Origin: the human T2T-CHM13v2.0 reference genome, Homo sapiens
Assembly (NCBI RefSeq): GCF_009914755.1
Contig: NC_060937.1
Reading direction: 5' to 3' (one strand)
DNA: 64,000 bases
Notes under the pieces: model-generated
Database searches by the model: none
The model's input: the letters and a program-made list of their open reading frames with translations, nothing else
Told to the model about the DNA's origin: nothing
Shown: positions 15,105 to 30,765 of the stretch, in pieces
Layout: each line of letters begins with the position of its first letter
How positions within the stretch are numbered: the first letter of the stretch is position 1
Made by a program: the position numbers and the translations under genes

Positions 15105-18100
15105 TTAGGGGAGCACTTGGATTTCCACCTCATGGCCGGCAAGCCAAAGCTGCCTGGTCTGGCCCGGAGGAAACGGGGACTGGTGTGTTGTTCCGAATCT
15201 CATGCTGAGAATGAGGGGCTGTGCAGAGTCTGTTGGAGAATTTCTGGGACAGCATCAGTGAAGCTCCTTCTCAACTGAGGGCCTCTATCTGGGGTGAACT
15301 GGGTCAGGGGAAGGCACAGCTGTTCATTTGGGGGAAACTGGGAGCATACTAGTGGGTAGGACATCAGCCTCATGTCCCTGGGAAGCTGGTGTAGATGGCT
15401 GGGGCTTCCATTACAGCAGTCCTGGATCTATTGAAGGAAGCCCTAATTAAGATCCTCAGCATGATCCCGCCTGAGCACCTAAAGTGAGGCTCCTGATCCC
15501 AGGACCCGGCTCTATAAAACTCTTCAGTCCGCTCAAGGATGAGACGATGAAAGCCACTGGGGGTGGGGCAAGGGTCAGTTACCTTCTTAGGAATAAAGCA
15601 GCTGGTAGGGGTTAAGAGAACAGGCAAGCATTTCTGAGTTCACAGGGGAGTGTCCAGTTCCTTCTGCCTAGGGGAAGGCTCCCTAGAGCTGAGGCCCAGA
15701 GGGGAAGAGAAGGGGGCTGGCAGATGTAGGGGGCTTCAGGGAGCTCCCCAACAGGATGCTGAAGCTCTCTGGGATGAGATCTGGGGAGAGTAACTAGAGG
15801 AGCTCTAGGTGATCCTCTGGCCCTGAAGACCTGCCTCTGGCCTGGGTGGGACAGGGAGGAGGCAAACAGAGGTGCCCACCTCTTTTGGGGCTTCCACAGG
15901 CTGCCTGCTTGCCTCATCCTCTTTTCTTGAAGCTCTGGGTTGCTGTGATGGGATGGAGTGATGTGCCTTTTGGGGCCCTACTTCCTGCTGGGGCTTCACC
16001 TGCTGAGGCCTGGGCTGGGGTGCGGCCTGGCCCTGGCATAGTCTCCCAAGTGGGTCCATGCCAAGCTGGGGAGGCACACAGGCCACCTGGGGTGGCGTAA
16101 GTGTCTTTTCTCGCTCCTGTCTGTTGTGTGGGCTTTCTGTGCTCCCAGGCCAGGACAAGGGTGTGCTTCATCTCTTCACCCTAATTTCTTTCATTAAGGC
16201 TGGGGAGGCACGTGTTCAAGCTGCATGTGTGCAGAGTGCTACGAGGGCAGCCCTGGCCTGTTCTCCAGAGGATCTCCTTTTTCCCTTTCCTTAAAGCTCA
16301 GATCCTCAGAGGTGGCCCTGGAACATGAGAGGAGGGGGTACTGGCCCAAGGCGTAGAGGTTTCTGCAGGTCCTATGACTGGGCTAGATCTGCCCCTGGGC
16401 AGGTCCTGAGGCCTGGAGGAGGAAGGGGGTTCTGCTGACATTTGGGTGCTGCAGCCTGGTCCCAGGGAGCAGGACCGCCTGGCCTGTGCTCAGTGGGGGT
16501 GGCACTCAAAGGCATGGGCTTGGCCATCGGACATATCTGAATGTTTCTTGACCTGGCTTGGCTGCCCCTCGCCTCTGTGACCTTGGGCAGCTGCTTCCCT
16601 GCCCTGTGGAGCCCATTTCCTTGGGTGAGATGGGGTGGTCGAGCCGATTTAGGGACCAGCTATGGGCTGGGCCTAGTGTGATATTGACTGTAGGGTAACC
16701 AGAATGGGGGCGGTTGTCAATACTCTTCTGGGTCACTGTCTGGCCGTCCTGTGCCGCTTCTCTCTCTGTAAGGTGAGGGTGTGTTTGGGGAGGGGTTGGG
16801 AGAGGGGTTCTGCCTAGGCCTGGCCCTTCTTCCCTATGATCGTTGTGTGAGGTCCAATACCCTGCATGGAGCTATGTAGAAACACAGGTTCTGCCTGGGT
16901 CCCTGGGCCTGAAGGGGCGGGGACGGAGGGAGAGCCTGGCTCCTCTCACCCTGGTGAGGGTGGAAGCGGAGCCGTCCTGACTGGGCCCTGACCACATGGC
17001 AGAGGCCCTGGGGAGACACCCTGGCGAGCTGGGCATGCTCCTTCCCCCCAGCCACACAGCCCTCAGCCTCTTGCTGCCAGCTCTGTTCCCCCTGGAGAGA
17101 CTTGATTCCATCCTGGCAGGGCAGGGGCTGTGAGGATGGAAAGGTAGAGCCTGCCAGCTTCTTAGTGGAGTTCAGAGGACTGGGGCACGGGGGCAGTTGT
17201 CCTCTGGGAGACGGGGTGGGGGTGTCTATCTCCCTCCCTCCCACCAGAATGAGTGACTCACGGGAAGGAGGTGCCTGCTGGGCCACCTACAGGGGGCAGC
17301 AGGAGCCAGAGGCCCCAGCCAGCCATTTAGCCCAGGAAGCAGACAAGGCACTCAGTGTCTGAGACTGGTGGACTGCGGTAGCGCCTCGTGGCCTTGGACT
17401 GGGTCTGCACCAGCTGTTGCCAGCAGCTGGCCAAAGCAGCTGCCCGTCCCCCTGGGGTGGGAGCTGAGGAGAGGACCCCCTTGCTGGGCCTGCCCCTGTC
17501 AGCCAATCTCCTAGGCCCTCGATCTTTGCAGGTCCATGTACCCCAAATGCTGGGCTCTCCTACCTTCCAGCATCCTTACCAGCAGCAGCCCCCTTTCTGA
17601 GGCTATAGGCAGGTGGGCCTGAGTGCAGGGAGCAGGTCCCCCTGGTATCCTGGAGCCACTGAGGCCTCCTGGCCCACAGCTGTCCTTTGGGCCAACCTAG
17701 AGTTAGATGCAAGTCACGGGGAGTGCACCCTTCCTGGGGCCACCCCAGCAGGCCTGGTCCCACTGAAACACAAAGTCAGCTCGAGCTCCAGCCCGGGGAC
17801 CAACGACTGCATTAGGGCAAGGGTAGTGGCAGAGACTGGAATGATGGACACAGGCAGTGCCAGGCCTGGGCCAGAAAGCTGGCTACTTCGCTACCATGGC
17901 CATCCTGAGACTCCAGAGTCCAGGAGAGGGTGGCGCCAGGTGGGCAGTGGGAGCCTCGTGAACCAGTTGGCTACCCTCTTGCTGGGGAGGTCACTTGGCT
18001 TTCATCCAGAGATAGGAAGACGTTCAGGGTTCTTTGGAGGAAGAAGGAGGGGCAGGACAGGATGTCTCGGTGATAGGAGGTCCCTGGGGGACCAGCCATA

Positions 18101-18519
18101 TTACTTTGAAATCTTACCCATGGGGGTGGAGGGTTCCCTGGGCTGGGGAGGAAGAACGGGGGCTACCTTTCCTTGTCTTCCCTCCCCTCCCCCATGCCTC
18201 CCATCCCAGACATGCCAAGGACAGGCTGCCCATCTAGGTCCAGATCTCTGGCTCCCGGCTTCTGGGATCTCAGCTCAAAACTGCTGCTGCACATTGGGCG
18301 GAAGCCCTTCCTGCTTCTCCCCTCACTCCGGTCTTGGCAGCCAGCATAGCTTTTCTCAGGGACCCAGTGGGGGAGGTTCCTCCCACCCGCCCTCCCTCTT
18401 GCTGCTTCTTGAAAGCTGATCCACTTCTGCCCCTCCTGCTCCTGTCTGCTCTGTTGTAAGAGTCAGGCAGGTTTTCACAACGTGATGGGGCTTGTCACTT
18501 GCTAGGGGATTGGGGTTGC

Positions 18520-20600
18520 CATGACATTTTCTCCAGCTTGGGCTTTGACATCTAGTACTACTGTAAGGATTTTGGCAGGGATGTGTTGGCCTCCATAGCA
18601 CCCACCACCCACCTGAATGGCACGCACACATACAAGGTGGTGCATCTGGAGGGGCTGTGCACGCTGGGCACAGTGATGGTGAATAACTGTGGCTACCAGG
18701 TCATGGCCCAGTCCATCATCTTCCCGGCATCTTGGAGTGGAACCAGAAGCAGAGCTTCATCTATGGTTCCACTGACTTTGGCAAGAGGGTGGCGTCACAG
18801 CCACAGTACCTGGAGCTGCTGGGTCACTCAAGTTAGACCTCAAGATTCTGAGGCACTGTGTATTCAATTATTGAGATGAGGAGGTAGAGCTCTGCTTCTT
18901 GGTGGGTGTCACTGGCAAAACAGGCACCAGTATACCCTCCTCCTGCTGTGCATCTTCCCCTGACCACAGCTTCCTGCCCGTGCCCAGTACGCAGATGCTG
19001 TGCCAGCTTCCCCCATGCCCACCGGCAGGGGCTCTGCTGCCTGCACCAGGAGCAAGTGAGTGGCTTGGTAGAGCACTGGTGAGGAGCAGCCCTGGGAGGC
19101 TATAGCTGGAGCAGGCTACATCCTGCCAGAGAGCATGGCCACACTGGGTTGTCCTGGGGCTGGATCCTTGAAGAGAGAAGCTTTGGAAAGCGAAGAAGCC
19201 ACACTCACTAGAGCCCCCTTCCCATCTCCCACCCACCCTGTGGTCAGTCTCCCAAATGCAGAGATCTACGTTGGTTGCAAACTAGAGAGCAGCCAAACCA
19301 GTGACCCAGCTGAGGCAGTACTGTTCCCTTAAGGAGCACGTGGAAATCTACTGGGTGGCTGTGAATATCACCATGTCAAGGGTGGGCAGGTGGGACACTG
19401 GGTGTTGGTGCCACTGGTGTTTCATGCTTAGGAGTTGGCCATGTCAAATGTCCCAAGCCAGAAATAACTCTTTCTCAAATGCCAGTGGCATTCCTGTCAC
19501 TGTTGAGAGCCCCAGCCTGAATGGGGAGCCCCTCTCTGCCCCCTTCATACTATAGCTGTCTTCTTCCTGGCTGGGTAGATGTTGGGTTTTGCTGTGACCT
19601 GATGCTGTTGGGTGTGTGCACGCCCATGCAAGTGCACACTGGGCAGGATATGTCCCCATGCCTGCAGGTTGTGCAGCCCCACATTCCTCAGCCACAGCAG
19701 GCCAGGACGCTGCCAGGCCAGCAAAGCTTCCGAATCCCCCTCTACCATCTCCTGCTCCACCCTGTCTGGTGTACTCCAAGTGCCTCCTCTTCATGAAGCT
19801 GCTGCCCTGCAGCCTGATGCAGCAGAAAGCCAGCAGGCTGGAGCACCCTACCTCCCTGGAAAATAGCACTCTTCCTTCCTTGGAGTCTTAGCTTGAAGAC
19901 CCTCTGGGACACAAGGCAGGAATTGAGAAGGGCAGAAGTGCTAGCAGCCGGGCCAAGGGGAAGGGGCTGGCTGAGAGCATTGCTGCAGAGGACAGCACAG
20001 GTGGGGTTGCTCTGGATGCCAGGGGAGAGCACCCAGCCTGTCCTGGCAGCTGGTCACTGTCAGTCATCGCTCATGACCCAGCCTCTGAGAGAGGCAGGGA
20101 GATGCCTCCACAGGGAGCTGTGGGGTGAGATTCACGCAGCCACTCCTCCAATGGTGGAGGTGGGCCACCTCCCAATGTGCCCTGTCCCCACAGTAGACCC
20201 TCGACACCAGGAAGTGATCCTCAACGTGTGCAAGGGAGTCAGCTCCATCAGCAGCCTGGCCTTCCACAGAAGGCCCTCCAACCTGGACATCTTATCAGGC
20301 AACTGGTGGGGGCTGGTTGGCACTGGAGCCCGGTGGGGTGAGACAGAGCCTCTTTGGGGGAGCATCTTTGGCCCTCGGTGCTGGTGTGCCTGTCCAGCCA
20401 TGTGAGTGTGGCGCCTGCCAGCCCCAGACAGCATCTGTCTTACCACCCCCTGCCTCCCTTCTGCCTCATTCAAGCTTCTCTGCTCCTCTTCCAGGCAGGG
20501 GTTCACTTCCCTGAGTCCTGCCAAGATGACGTTTTGGAACCAGGAACAGCTGCTGAAAGATGTGGCTGCCTTTTTGCTCTCCTGCCAAACCTCTGGCTTG
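18520..20600 (+). pseudogene. Unprocessed CLUH (clustered mitochondria / KIAA0664) pseudogene fragment, four exons: ~18520-19078, 19780-20000, 20194-20298, 20499-20600
   Basis: Translations [108 protein letters not shown] and GVHFPESCQDDV/QLLKDVAAFLLSCQTSGL follow the CLUH protein in order. Introns are retained (GT donors at 19079, 20001, 20601). TAG at 18553 and frameshifts present. CLUHP number not known to me. Confidence 0.92.
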
Positions 20601-21116
20601 GTGAGGGAGGGGTCATGGGGTGCGTGGGGGCTTGCAAGTTTTATCACCCTAGTTGAAAACTTTTTTTCATCTCCTAGTGTAAGATAAAAACTTGGAAAGA
20701 TGGGTCTCTTGAGATGTTGTTAATGGGGACCAAGGGTGGCCTAGGGAGCACGTAGGGAGCAGAACTCCTGCATGCTCTTCTGGAGAGGTGTGGTTTTTGG
20801 AACTTTTCTAGAGTGGGGGGAAAAAATAAGATCTCCATGGTCAGTGAAAGGGCAGTTCTTGGAGTCAGCTAGTGGTTCTGATTCCCCTTTTCCCACAGCA
20901 GTGGACTCGGGTGGGTGGGCTGAGAGGGCTTCCTGCTCTAGGAAGCAGAACAGGGCCCTCTCCCCTGCAAAGCGCCAGGGAGGCCCCCTCTAGTCCACAG
21001 GCGGGTGCTCCTGACTTTCCCAGCTTCGGCTTCGGGGACTCATATCTTACTCTCTCTTTTTCTCTCTCTCCACCTCCCTCCTCTCTCTCCTCTCTGGCTC
21101 TGCCCTGTGGCTGAAG

Positions 21117-22689
21117 GGCTCGCAGGATAAACTCAAGGGCAACCCTGGGGTGCACCCTGCCACCTTCTCGGCCCACACTGTACCGGCTCATTGTCCCTAT
21201 GGCCAGTTCGAGTAAGGGGATCTCCAGGTGACCCGAGAAAGCCACGTGCGAGAGCACAAGCACTCTCAAGGTCTGGCTCAAGGGGCACCGCAAGAACCCC
21301 TTCCCCACCAAAGGCGAGGAGAGAATGCTGGCCACCATCACCAAGATGACCCTCACGCCAGTCCCCACCAGCTTCACCAACGCCCACCGGCACCTCAAGT
21401 AGAGCACGGTGAAGTGGGGCGCGCACAGCAAGGACCAGGAGCACGGAGGCCTCTTCGACAGCGACACTGAGGGCGACCCCGAGAAGGCAGAGATTGACCT
21501 GGAGAGCATGCATCTCCATAAGACCAACACCCACGATGGCGACCAGAACAACGAGGGCGACGAAGACAGGACTGAGGAACATGCGCCCCTGCCGCCCTCA
21601 CCCGGAACCAGGGCTCCCCGCTGGCAGCGCCAACGTGCTCAACCCCAAGGCTCGCTCTTGGGTCTGGCCAAGGAGGTCCCAGAGCCTGGCTGCAGGCGCC
21701 GGTTAGCCCCAGCGCTGCAGCGGGCGGCCTGCAGGGTGAGCCACGCGGGGAAGTCCAAGATCTGGTGGCTGCCTAGGGCAGCCTCGCGCCCGCAGGGCCC
21801 GCCCACCGCTTTGCTTACGCCGCTGCCCGTGGGCCACCCCGGCGCGCAGGGTCCCCAGCCCGCGCCTCCGCCACAGCCGGCTTTCCCGCGCAGCCACGGA
21901 CTGCACTGCCGCCACGCCGGCAAGGGCTCCAGCTGGACGGAGGGGGCCTTCCTCGCTCCGGGATCCCTCTCCCACTGTGTGGCTTCCCGAGGCCTCCCCT
22001 TCCTGCGCCACCACCACCGCAGCCGCCCGTCGCGGTGGTCAGGGGCGCTCCGCGGAGACCGAGACCAGGCCCCGGCCCGCAGCTCCGCGCGTTCCCAGGC
22101 GCAGCTCCTGATGCCAAGTTCACTTGGACCCCGGCTGAGATTAGAGAGGCCTGGCGAGGTGTGGGGGTGCGCAGGGAGAATGGGCTGTGGTCGCCATGGT
22201 GCGTGTTGGTCTTGTGGAGATGGATGCTCCTCCGGGTCAATCTCTGCCTTCTCGGGGTCGCCCTCAGTGTCGCTGCTGAAAAGGCCTCCGTCCTCCTGGT
22301 CCTTGCTGTGCGCTCCCCACGTCACCGCGTTCTCCTTGAGGGGCCGGCGGGCGTTGGCGAAGGTGGTGGGGACTGTCGTGAGGATCATCATGGGCAGGGA
22401 AGGGCGCGCGGCAGTGGCCTCGAGCCCTGGGTCTTCTCCTTCCTGAATTTGCAAAGCCAGGCGAAGGCCCTCGTGCTCTCCCAGAGAGCTGCGCTCCACC
22501 CGCGGGCCTGCCTGCGCGTGGGGAGAGCGGGGAGGCGGGGACAGGAGACCTGAGCCCCTGGGCGCCCCTACCACGTGTCCCCCGTCCCAACACTGGACCT
22601 CTTCAGATTCCTTGCCGAGAGGGGCCTCGTCCCAAGGCTGGATGCGCCGCGCAGCGGTGAAAGCCGCCCTCGCAGCCCGCAGGCGACCA
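21117..22689 (+). pseudogene. IRX1P1: Unprocessed IRX1 (Iroquois TALE homeobox) pseudogene fragment: exon 2 21117-22098, exon 3 ~22618-22689
   Basis: [17 protein letters not shown], homeodomain [36 protein letters not shown], acidic [14 protein letters not shown] box GKSKIWWL and exon-3 [11 protein letters not shown] match IRX1. Pyrimidine tract 21041-21105 precedes exon 2. Stops TAA 21213 and TAG 21400. Symbol recalled from the RNF17 neighbourhood. Confidence 0.93.
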
Positions 22690-23970
22690 GTGGGTGCTGT
22701 TGGCTTTCGCCCCGGGGAGGGAACGGGCTTGGGGGCACTGGCGGCGGCGGAGCGCGGCGGGGAAGCTGTGGGGGTCGTGCGATGGTTATGGAGAGTGCTC
22801 CATCCGCCAGGCCTGGGCTCTGGGCGAGCTGAGGAGACCGGAGTTTTTCCCCAGGAGGGAGCCGCGCAGGCCGGCGACCTCTTCCCAAGGCTCTACTGCT
22901 GGACCGCGCCCGCGGCGCCGCTCCCGCCCCCCTTCAGCGCACTCTGCGCCTCTCGCTGGGTATGGCCAGCTCGCAGTGCGCGTTTATGCTGCGGTAAACG
23001 CATTGAAGGAACGCACAGCTTATCTAATAGGGTTTTGAAATAATTTTCGGTATGCCAGCTGGGGTGTGGTTTGCCCAATTCTGATCCTGTTTCCAGAGAA
23101 CACAGCTGCTTAGACAATCTGTTATCTTCGCGTCCTGTCTTCCTTTTGACGCCAGAACATCCTAGGGATCAGGGGCCTCTCCCATGCCCTGGAACCATCC
23201 TCTCACGGTGCTGCTCTTCACTGGTGCCAATAACAGAGCTCCCGCAGGCAGGCCTGGATCAGTGGGGACTGGGGCCCTGAAGTGAGATGGAGCAAGACAG
23301 AGCGGCCCTTGGGAGAGGGGCATGGGGCGGCCCTGTGCTTTAGACTCGGCACCCTATGGCTTGAGGAGGTGACACTGTGTCGACGTGCGTTTGAAGGGAG
23401 GACGGCTGAAGGTACATGCAGTCTCCCGGACGTCACAAACTCCGCGGACGCGGGTCACACCCGCGCGCACGCGCAGCAGGGGTCTTAGCCACACAGGCGC
23501 ACGGCGGGGCACGGCGGGGCACGGGCCCTGCTGCAAACGGGCGCGCTCCCTTCTGGGCAAGCAGGTGCGAGGCGCGCGCCATGGAACAGCCCTTAGCTGA
23601 GTTTCGGTTTGCGCGCAAACGGCCGGCCTGGCCGCCCAACGCAGCATTTCCAGCCAGGGCGCACAAACCTCGGGAGAGAAGGTGGAAGCCGCAGGGGCTC
23701 TAAAGGCAGCCCCAGGTTGGCTAAAGCGGTTCCTGGTACGGACACCAAGGCCCCCGTGCTCGGGCCCTACCCAGCCTGGTTCAGGTGAGAGGAGGCAAGC
23801 CTCGGCCCGGTACCGGCGTCGGAACCACAGTCGGGCCTGGCCCTGCTGCCGGGGCGGGGCTGCTGGACTTCCCTCCCGCTCCAGGCTGGACCTGACATCT
23901 GTCTCTCGCATCCGCACTGATCCGAGCTTTAACATTTTCTTTCCAGCCCGCGAACCACGCAGCTCCGGAC
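21400..23970. promoter_or_regulatory. CpG island over and downstream of the IRX1 pseudogene
   Basis: High GC and dense CpG, especially 21.7-23.0 kb and 23.4-23.97 kb. Confidence 0.8.
22188..22393 (-). repeat. Inverted duplicate of 21341-21545 (IRX1 homeodomain helix 3 and acidic region)
   Basis: Manual alignment: 21 substitutions and 1 indel over ~205 bp (~89%); minus-strand translation [42 protein letters not shown]. Confidence 0.95.
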
Positions 23971-24585
23971 TCCAGGCAGGAAGAGGGTCAGGGTCCTGGA
24001 AGAAAGCACTCTGTCCTTGAATTATTCACCCCTAATTGAGTTATCGTGACACCCTGTGGCTTTGGGAAACCTCTCCACAACCAAGTGGAGCCACAGCCCT
24101 CTGCTAATGAGGGTAGAAGGTCGAATTAGATACACATCAAAAGTGGCAGTAATTAAGCCTTCATTTGATTTACACCTGGGGCACATGCGGCTCATAGCCC
24201 AGATAGCCTGTGACTTAGAAATGGGTTTGAATAGAAAATCTACAAAAGTATGTTAGCTGTAACTGCCGGTGGTGGCAGAAGCTTGTTCAAGTTCAATAGT
24301 GAATGTTCAAGACAAAAACAACAAAAAGGATTTAGTGTAACCTTTTCACACGTAATTTATTTTGGTAATCTCTTATTTTGCAGATTTAATCTGCATCCTT
24401 TTGTGTTTTCATTTTGTTTTAACCAACGAGTAAAATGGTAAGGTGACTTGCAGTGAGACTGAAATGTCTATGTGGAGATACAGGATAAAACATATCCAGG
24501 GATAAGTGTTTTGCAACAAGCTGTGCCAAGGGTTTATTCCTCATAAGTGTAATAAGAACTAAAAGGTTTTTGTTGTTGGTGGTGG

Positions 24586-25047
<462 letters not shown>

Positions 25048-25132
25048 TGATTTGATATTCTCAGCAATATACAGGATTCCAGCTGACTTGCAGAAAGATG
25101 AAGAGTGCAGCAGCACAGTTCAAACATTAGAA

Positions 25133-25325
25133 CTTTCTTTTTTCTTTCTTTCTTTCTTTTTTTTTTTTTTTTTTTGAGACAGAGTCTCACTCTGTTGTCC
25201 AGGCTGGAGTGCTGTGGTGCTATCTCAGCTCACTGCAACCTCCCCTCCCGGGTTCAAGCAATTCTCCTTCCTCAGCCTCCCAAGTAGCTGGGACCACTGG
25301 TGTGCAACACCACATCCAGCTGGCC
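25133..25325 (-). mobile_element. Alu right arm
   Basis: Poly(T) plus right monomer; TSD TAGAACTTTCT. Confidence 0.9.
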
Positions 25326-25492
25326 TAGAACTTTCTGAGTAAAACAATTGCTTAAGATTTTAGAATCAATTTCCCTTATTCTTTTTCTCTCTGCAGTTAA
25401 AAAACAATGTCTAACCCATGCAATGAGCTTTTGACTATATGCCTCATTTCAAAAGGAATATGAGATCATTGAGTTGGACCCAGAGAAACTGA

Positions 25493-28184
<2,692 letters not shown>

Positions 28185-28192
<8 letters not shown>

Positions 28193-28497
28193 CCACAGCT
28201 GAAGGGATAGAGAAACTGCCATACAGATACACACAGAGTATGCTTCAGCCATAAAGCTTTGGGAAATCCTGTCATTCGCAGCCACATGGAGAAACCCAGA
28301 GGACATTAGGTCCAAGAAAATGAGCCTGGTGGAGCAAGTCCCACACTGCGTGACCTCAGGCATGTGGACTCCAAAAAGCTTTATCTCCTGCCCATCCACA
28401 GATGAAGGGATCAAGAAACTCTGATATATATACACAAAGGAATGTTCTTTGGCCATCAAGATAATTAAAGGATGTCATTTGGAGGAACATAGATGGC
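28185..28497 (+). repeat. Two tandem, diverged L1 3'-end-derived units (~200-bp period)
   Basis: TGTCCATCCACAGCTGAAGGGATAGAGAAACT (28186) and TGCCCATCCACAGATGAAGGGATCAAGAAACT (28389). Confidence 0.7.
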
Positions 28498-28540
28498 CCG
28501 CCGAGGCTGCGGCTGCCTCATCCTGCACTGTGGATGGAAG

Positions 28541-28650
28541 CCGCTGATCTGACAGGAAGTGGAGCTCAGGTGGTAATGCTCGCTCTTGCTGTGCTGCCAG
28601 GTTCTTAACAGGCCAGGGATGATACTGGTCCAGGGGTGGGGGAGCCCTGC
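28541..28650 (+). mobile_element. MER1B fragment (hAT-Charlie)
   Basis: CCGCTGATCTGACAGGAAGTGGAGCTCAGGTGGTAATGCTCGCTC matches MER1B. Confidence 0.8.
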
Positions 28651-29687
28651 TCCAGATGACAGCCAGAGTAGTCTTAAATGTAAGTTGGATTGTTTGTTCC
28701 CTGCTTAGACCTTTAGCCATTTCCCATTACCAGAATCTTCGGCGTGGCCTGCGTGGCCCTACTTGATCTGGCTTCTGTCCTCCCACCCTCCCTCGTTAGC
28801 CCCCATCATCTCATGCTACTCCCCCTCGCCCAGGCCACTGCCCAGATATATTCTTCTCCTTGGGCAAGAAGTTCTGTGCATGCAGGTCAAATCTGAAAGG
28901 GACATTTCTTTCTTTAATGAGTGTCAGGGATGGGGGATGTGGCTGATGATATAAGGGGCCCTCCAATCAGACTTTCTAATCTAACTGAAAAGATAATTAC
29001 AATGTTGATGCTAAAAAAGAAGGTTCTGGCAAAATAGAACTTCTGAAGCATCATAAATCAGATGACTAATATTTGTGATCCCTTTTTAAATTTTCATGTG
29101 AAGAAGAATAGGGGATGTAACTGAAGAAATGAACTAAAAGTTCTTCTATGTATTGATAACCTAAGTGTGGGATGCTGTTTGGCTCTGGAAACACGTGGCC
29201 TCCTGATACTTAATAAACAATCTAGCATCACACATGACCTGTATTAAAAGAGACACTTCAGTGCTGAATAGTTTGGTGCTCAAAGGGCAGGAGAGCCAGT
29301 TAGTGCTTGGGGAGGCAGAGGGGGAACCTTACCTGATGGCCAGGGACGTTGGGACTGACTCAGTCCATGAACTGTGCTTACCTGGAAGAAAGGCAAGGAG
29401 TTGAGGAAGAGAGAGGAGATGGAGGCAATTCTAGGCCTGAGATGGGTCTGAGAATATCTGTGGGTAATAAGACCAATTAAGCTAGAGTAGAAGGGTCATT
29501 TGTGGAGCAAAAGGTTGTGGATTGTGTTGTACATGGAATTTCTTAGGCCACTGTGGCTCTTAGCAGATAGTGAAATCAATATAGAGGATCTTGTCCCCCA
29601 TTAAAAATGTTTTGTTTTGTTTTGTTTTTTTGAGACAGTCTTGCTCTGTTGCACATGCTGGAGTACAGTGGAGTACAGATTCTTTTA

Positions 29688-30080
<393 letters not shown>

Positions 30081-30462
30081 TTAGTTTTGATTCTTGGTTT
30101 AATCCAGTTCAAACTGGTCTAAGTCAAACTAAAGGAATTTATAATAAGGACACAAGAGTTTTGTTTTTGCTTTTGTCTTTTTCACAGACTCCAGGAGTAG
30201 ACATACAGGCCAGGTCTCACATGTAAAGCATCAGAACACCTTTAGAAAGGCAAGCAGCACCTCTCTGTTTCTTGCCTCTGCATCTCTCTGTGCTTCTGTT
30301 TCATTTTCTTTCAGGACCTTCTGCTTTGCACAAAGGTGGTATGCAATCAGAAGACGTCTGAGGAGACAAGTATGCATCTCCCACCACAACATTATATGAT
30401 GCTTGGAGTAAAAACAGTCCTCCCTGTTCCTACCCACGAATGTATTATTCAATAAAGATTGC

Positions 30463-30765
30463 TGCCAGGCATGGTGGCTCATACCTGTAGTCCCGCACTT
30501 TGGGAGGCTGAGGCTGGGCAGATCGCTTGAGACCAGGGTTTGAGACTAGCCTGGACAACATGGTGAGCCACTATCTCTGCAGAAATAAAATAAAATAAAA
30601 TTAGCCAGGTGTAGTGGCCTGTGCCTATAGCCTCAGCTACTTGGGAGGCTGAGGCAGGAGAATAGCTTGAGCCCTGGAAGTCCAGGCAACAGTAAGCCAT
30701 GATGGTGGCACTGCACTCCAAACTGGGTGACAGAGTAAGACCCTGTCTTAAAAAAAAAAAAAAAA
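30463..30765 (+). mobile_element. AluJ
   Basis: Diverged Alu; TSD AAAGATTGC. Confidence 0.9.

Noticed and set aside
16953-17112. Exon-like minus-strand segment
   Set aside because: Plausible splice sites but no recognisable peptide or partner exon
17613-18419. 268-aa ORF
   Set aside because: Non-ATG start, G/P/S-rich, no recognisable domain
21409-22446. 345-aa plus-strand ORF as a functional IRX protein
   Set aside because: It starts at a GTG just after the homeodomain stop, shifts in and out of the IRX1 frame, and runs through intron and the inverted arm; GC-rich openness explains the length
21639-22574. 311-aa minus-strand ORF with a homeodomain fragment
   Set aside because: Only ~50 aa come from the inverted duplicate; the rest is antisense GC-rich sequence
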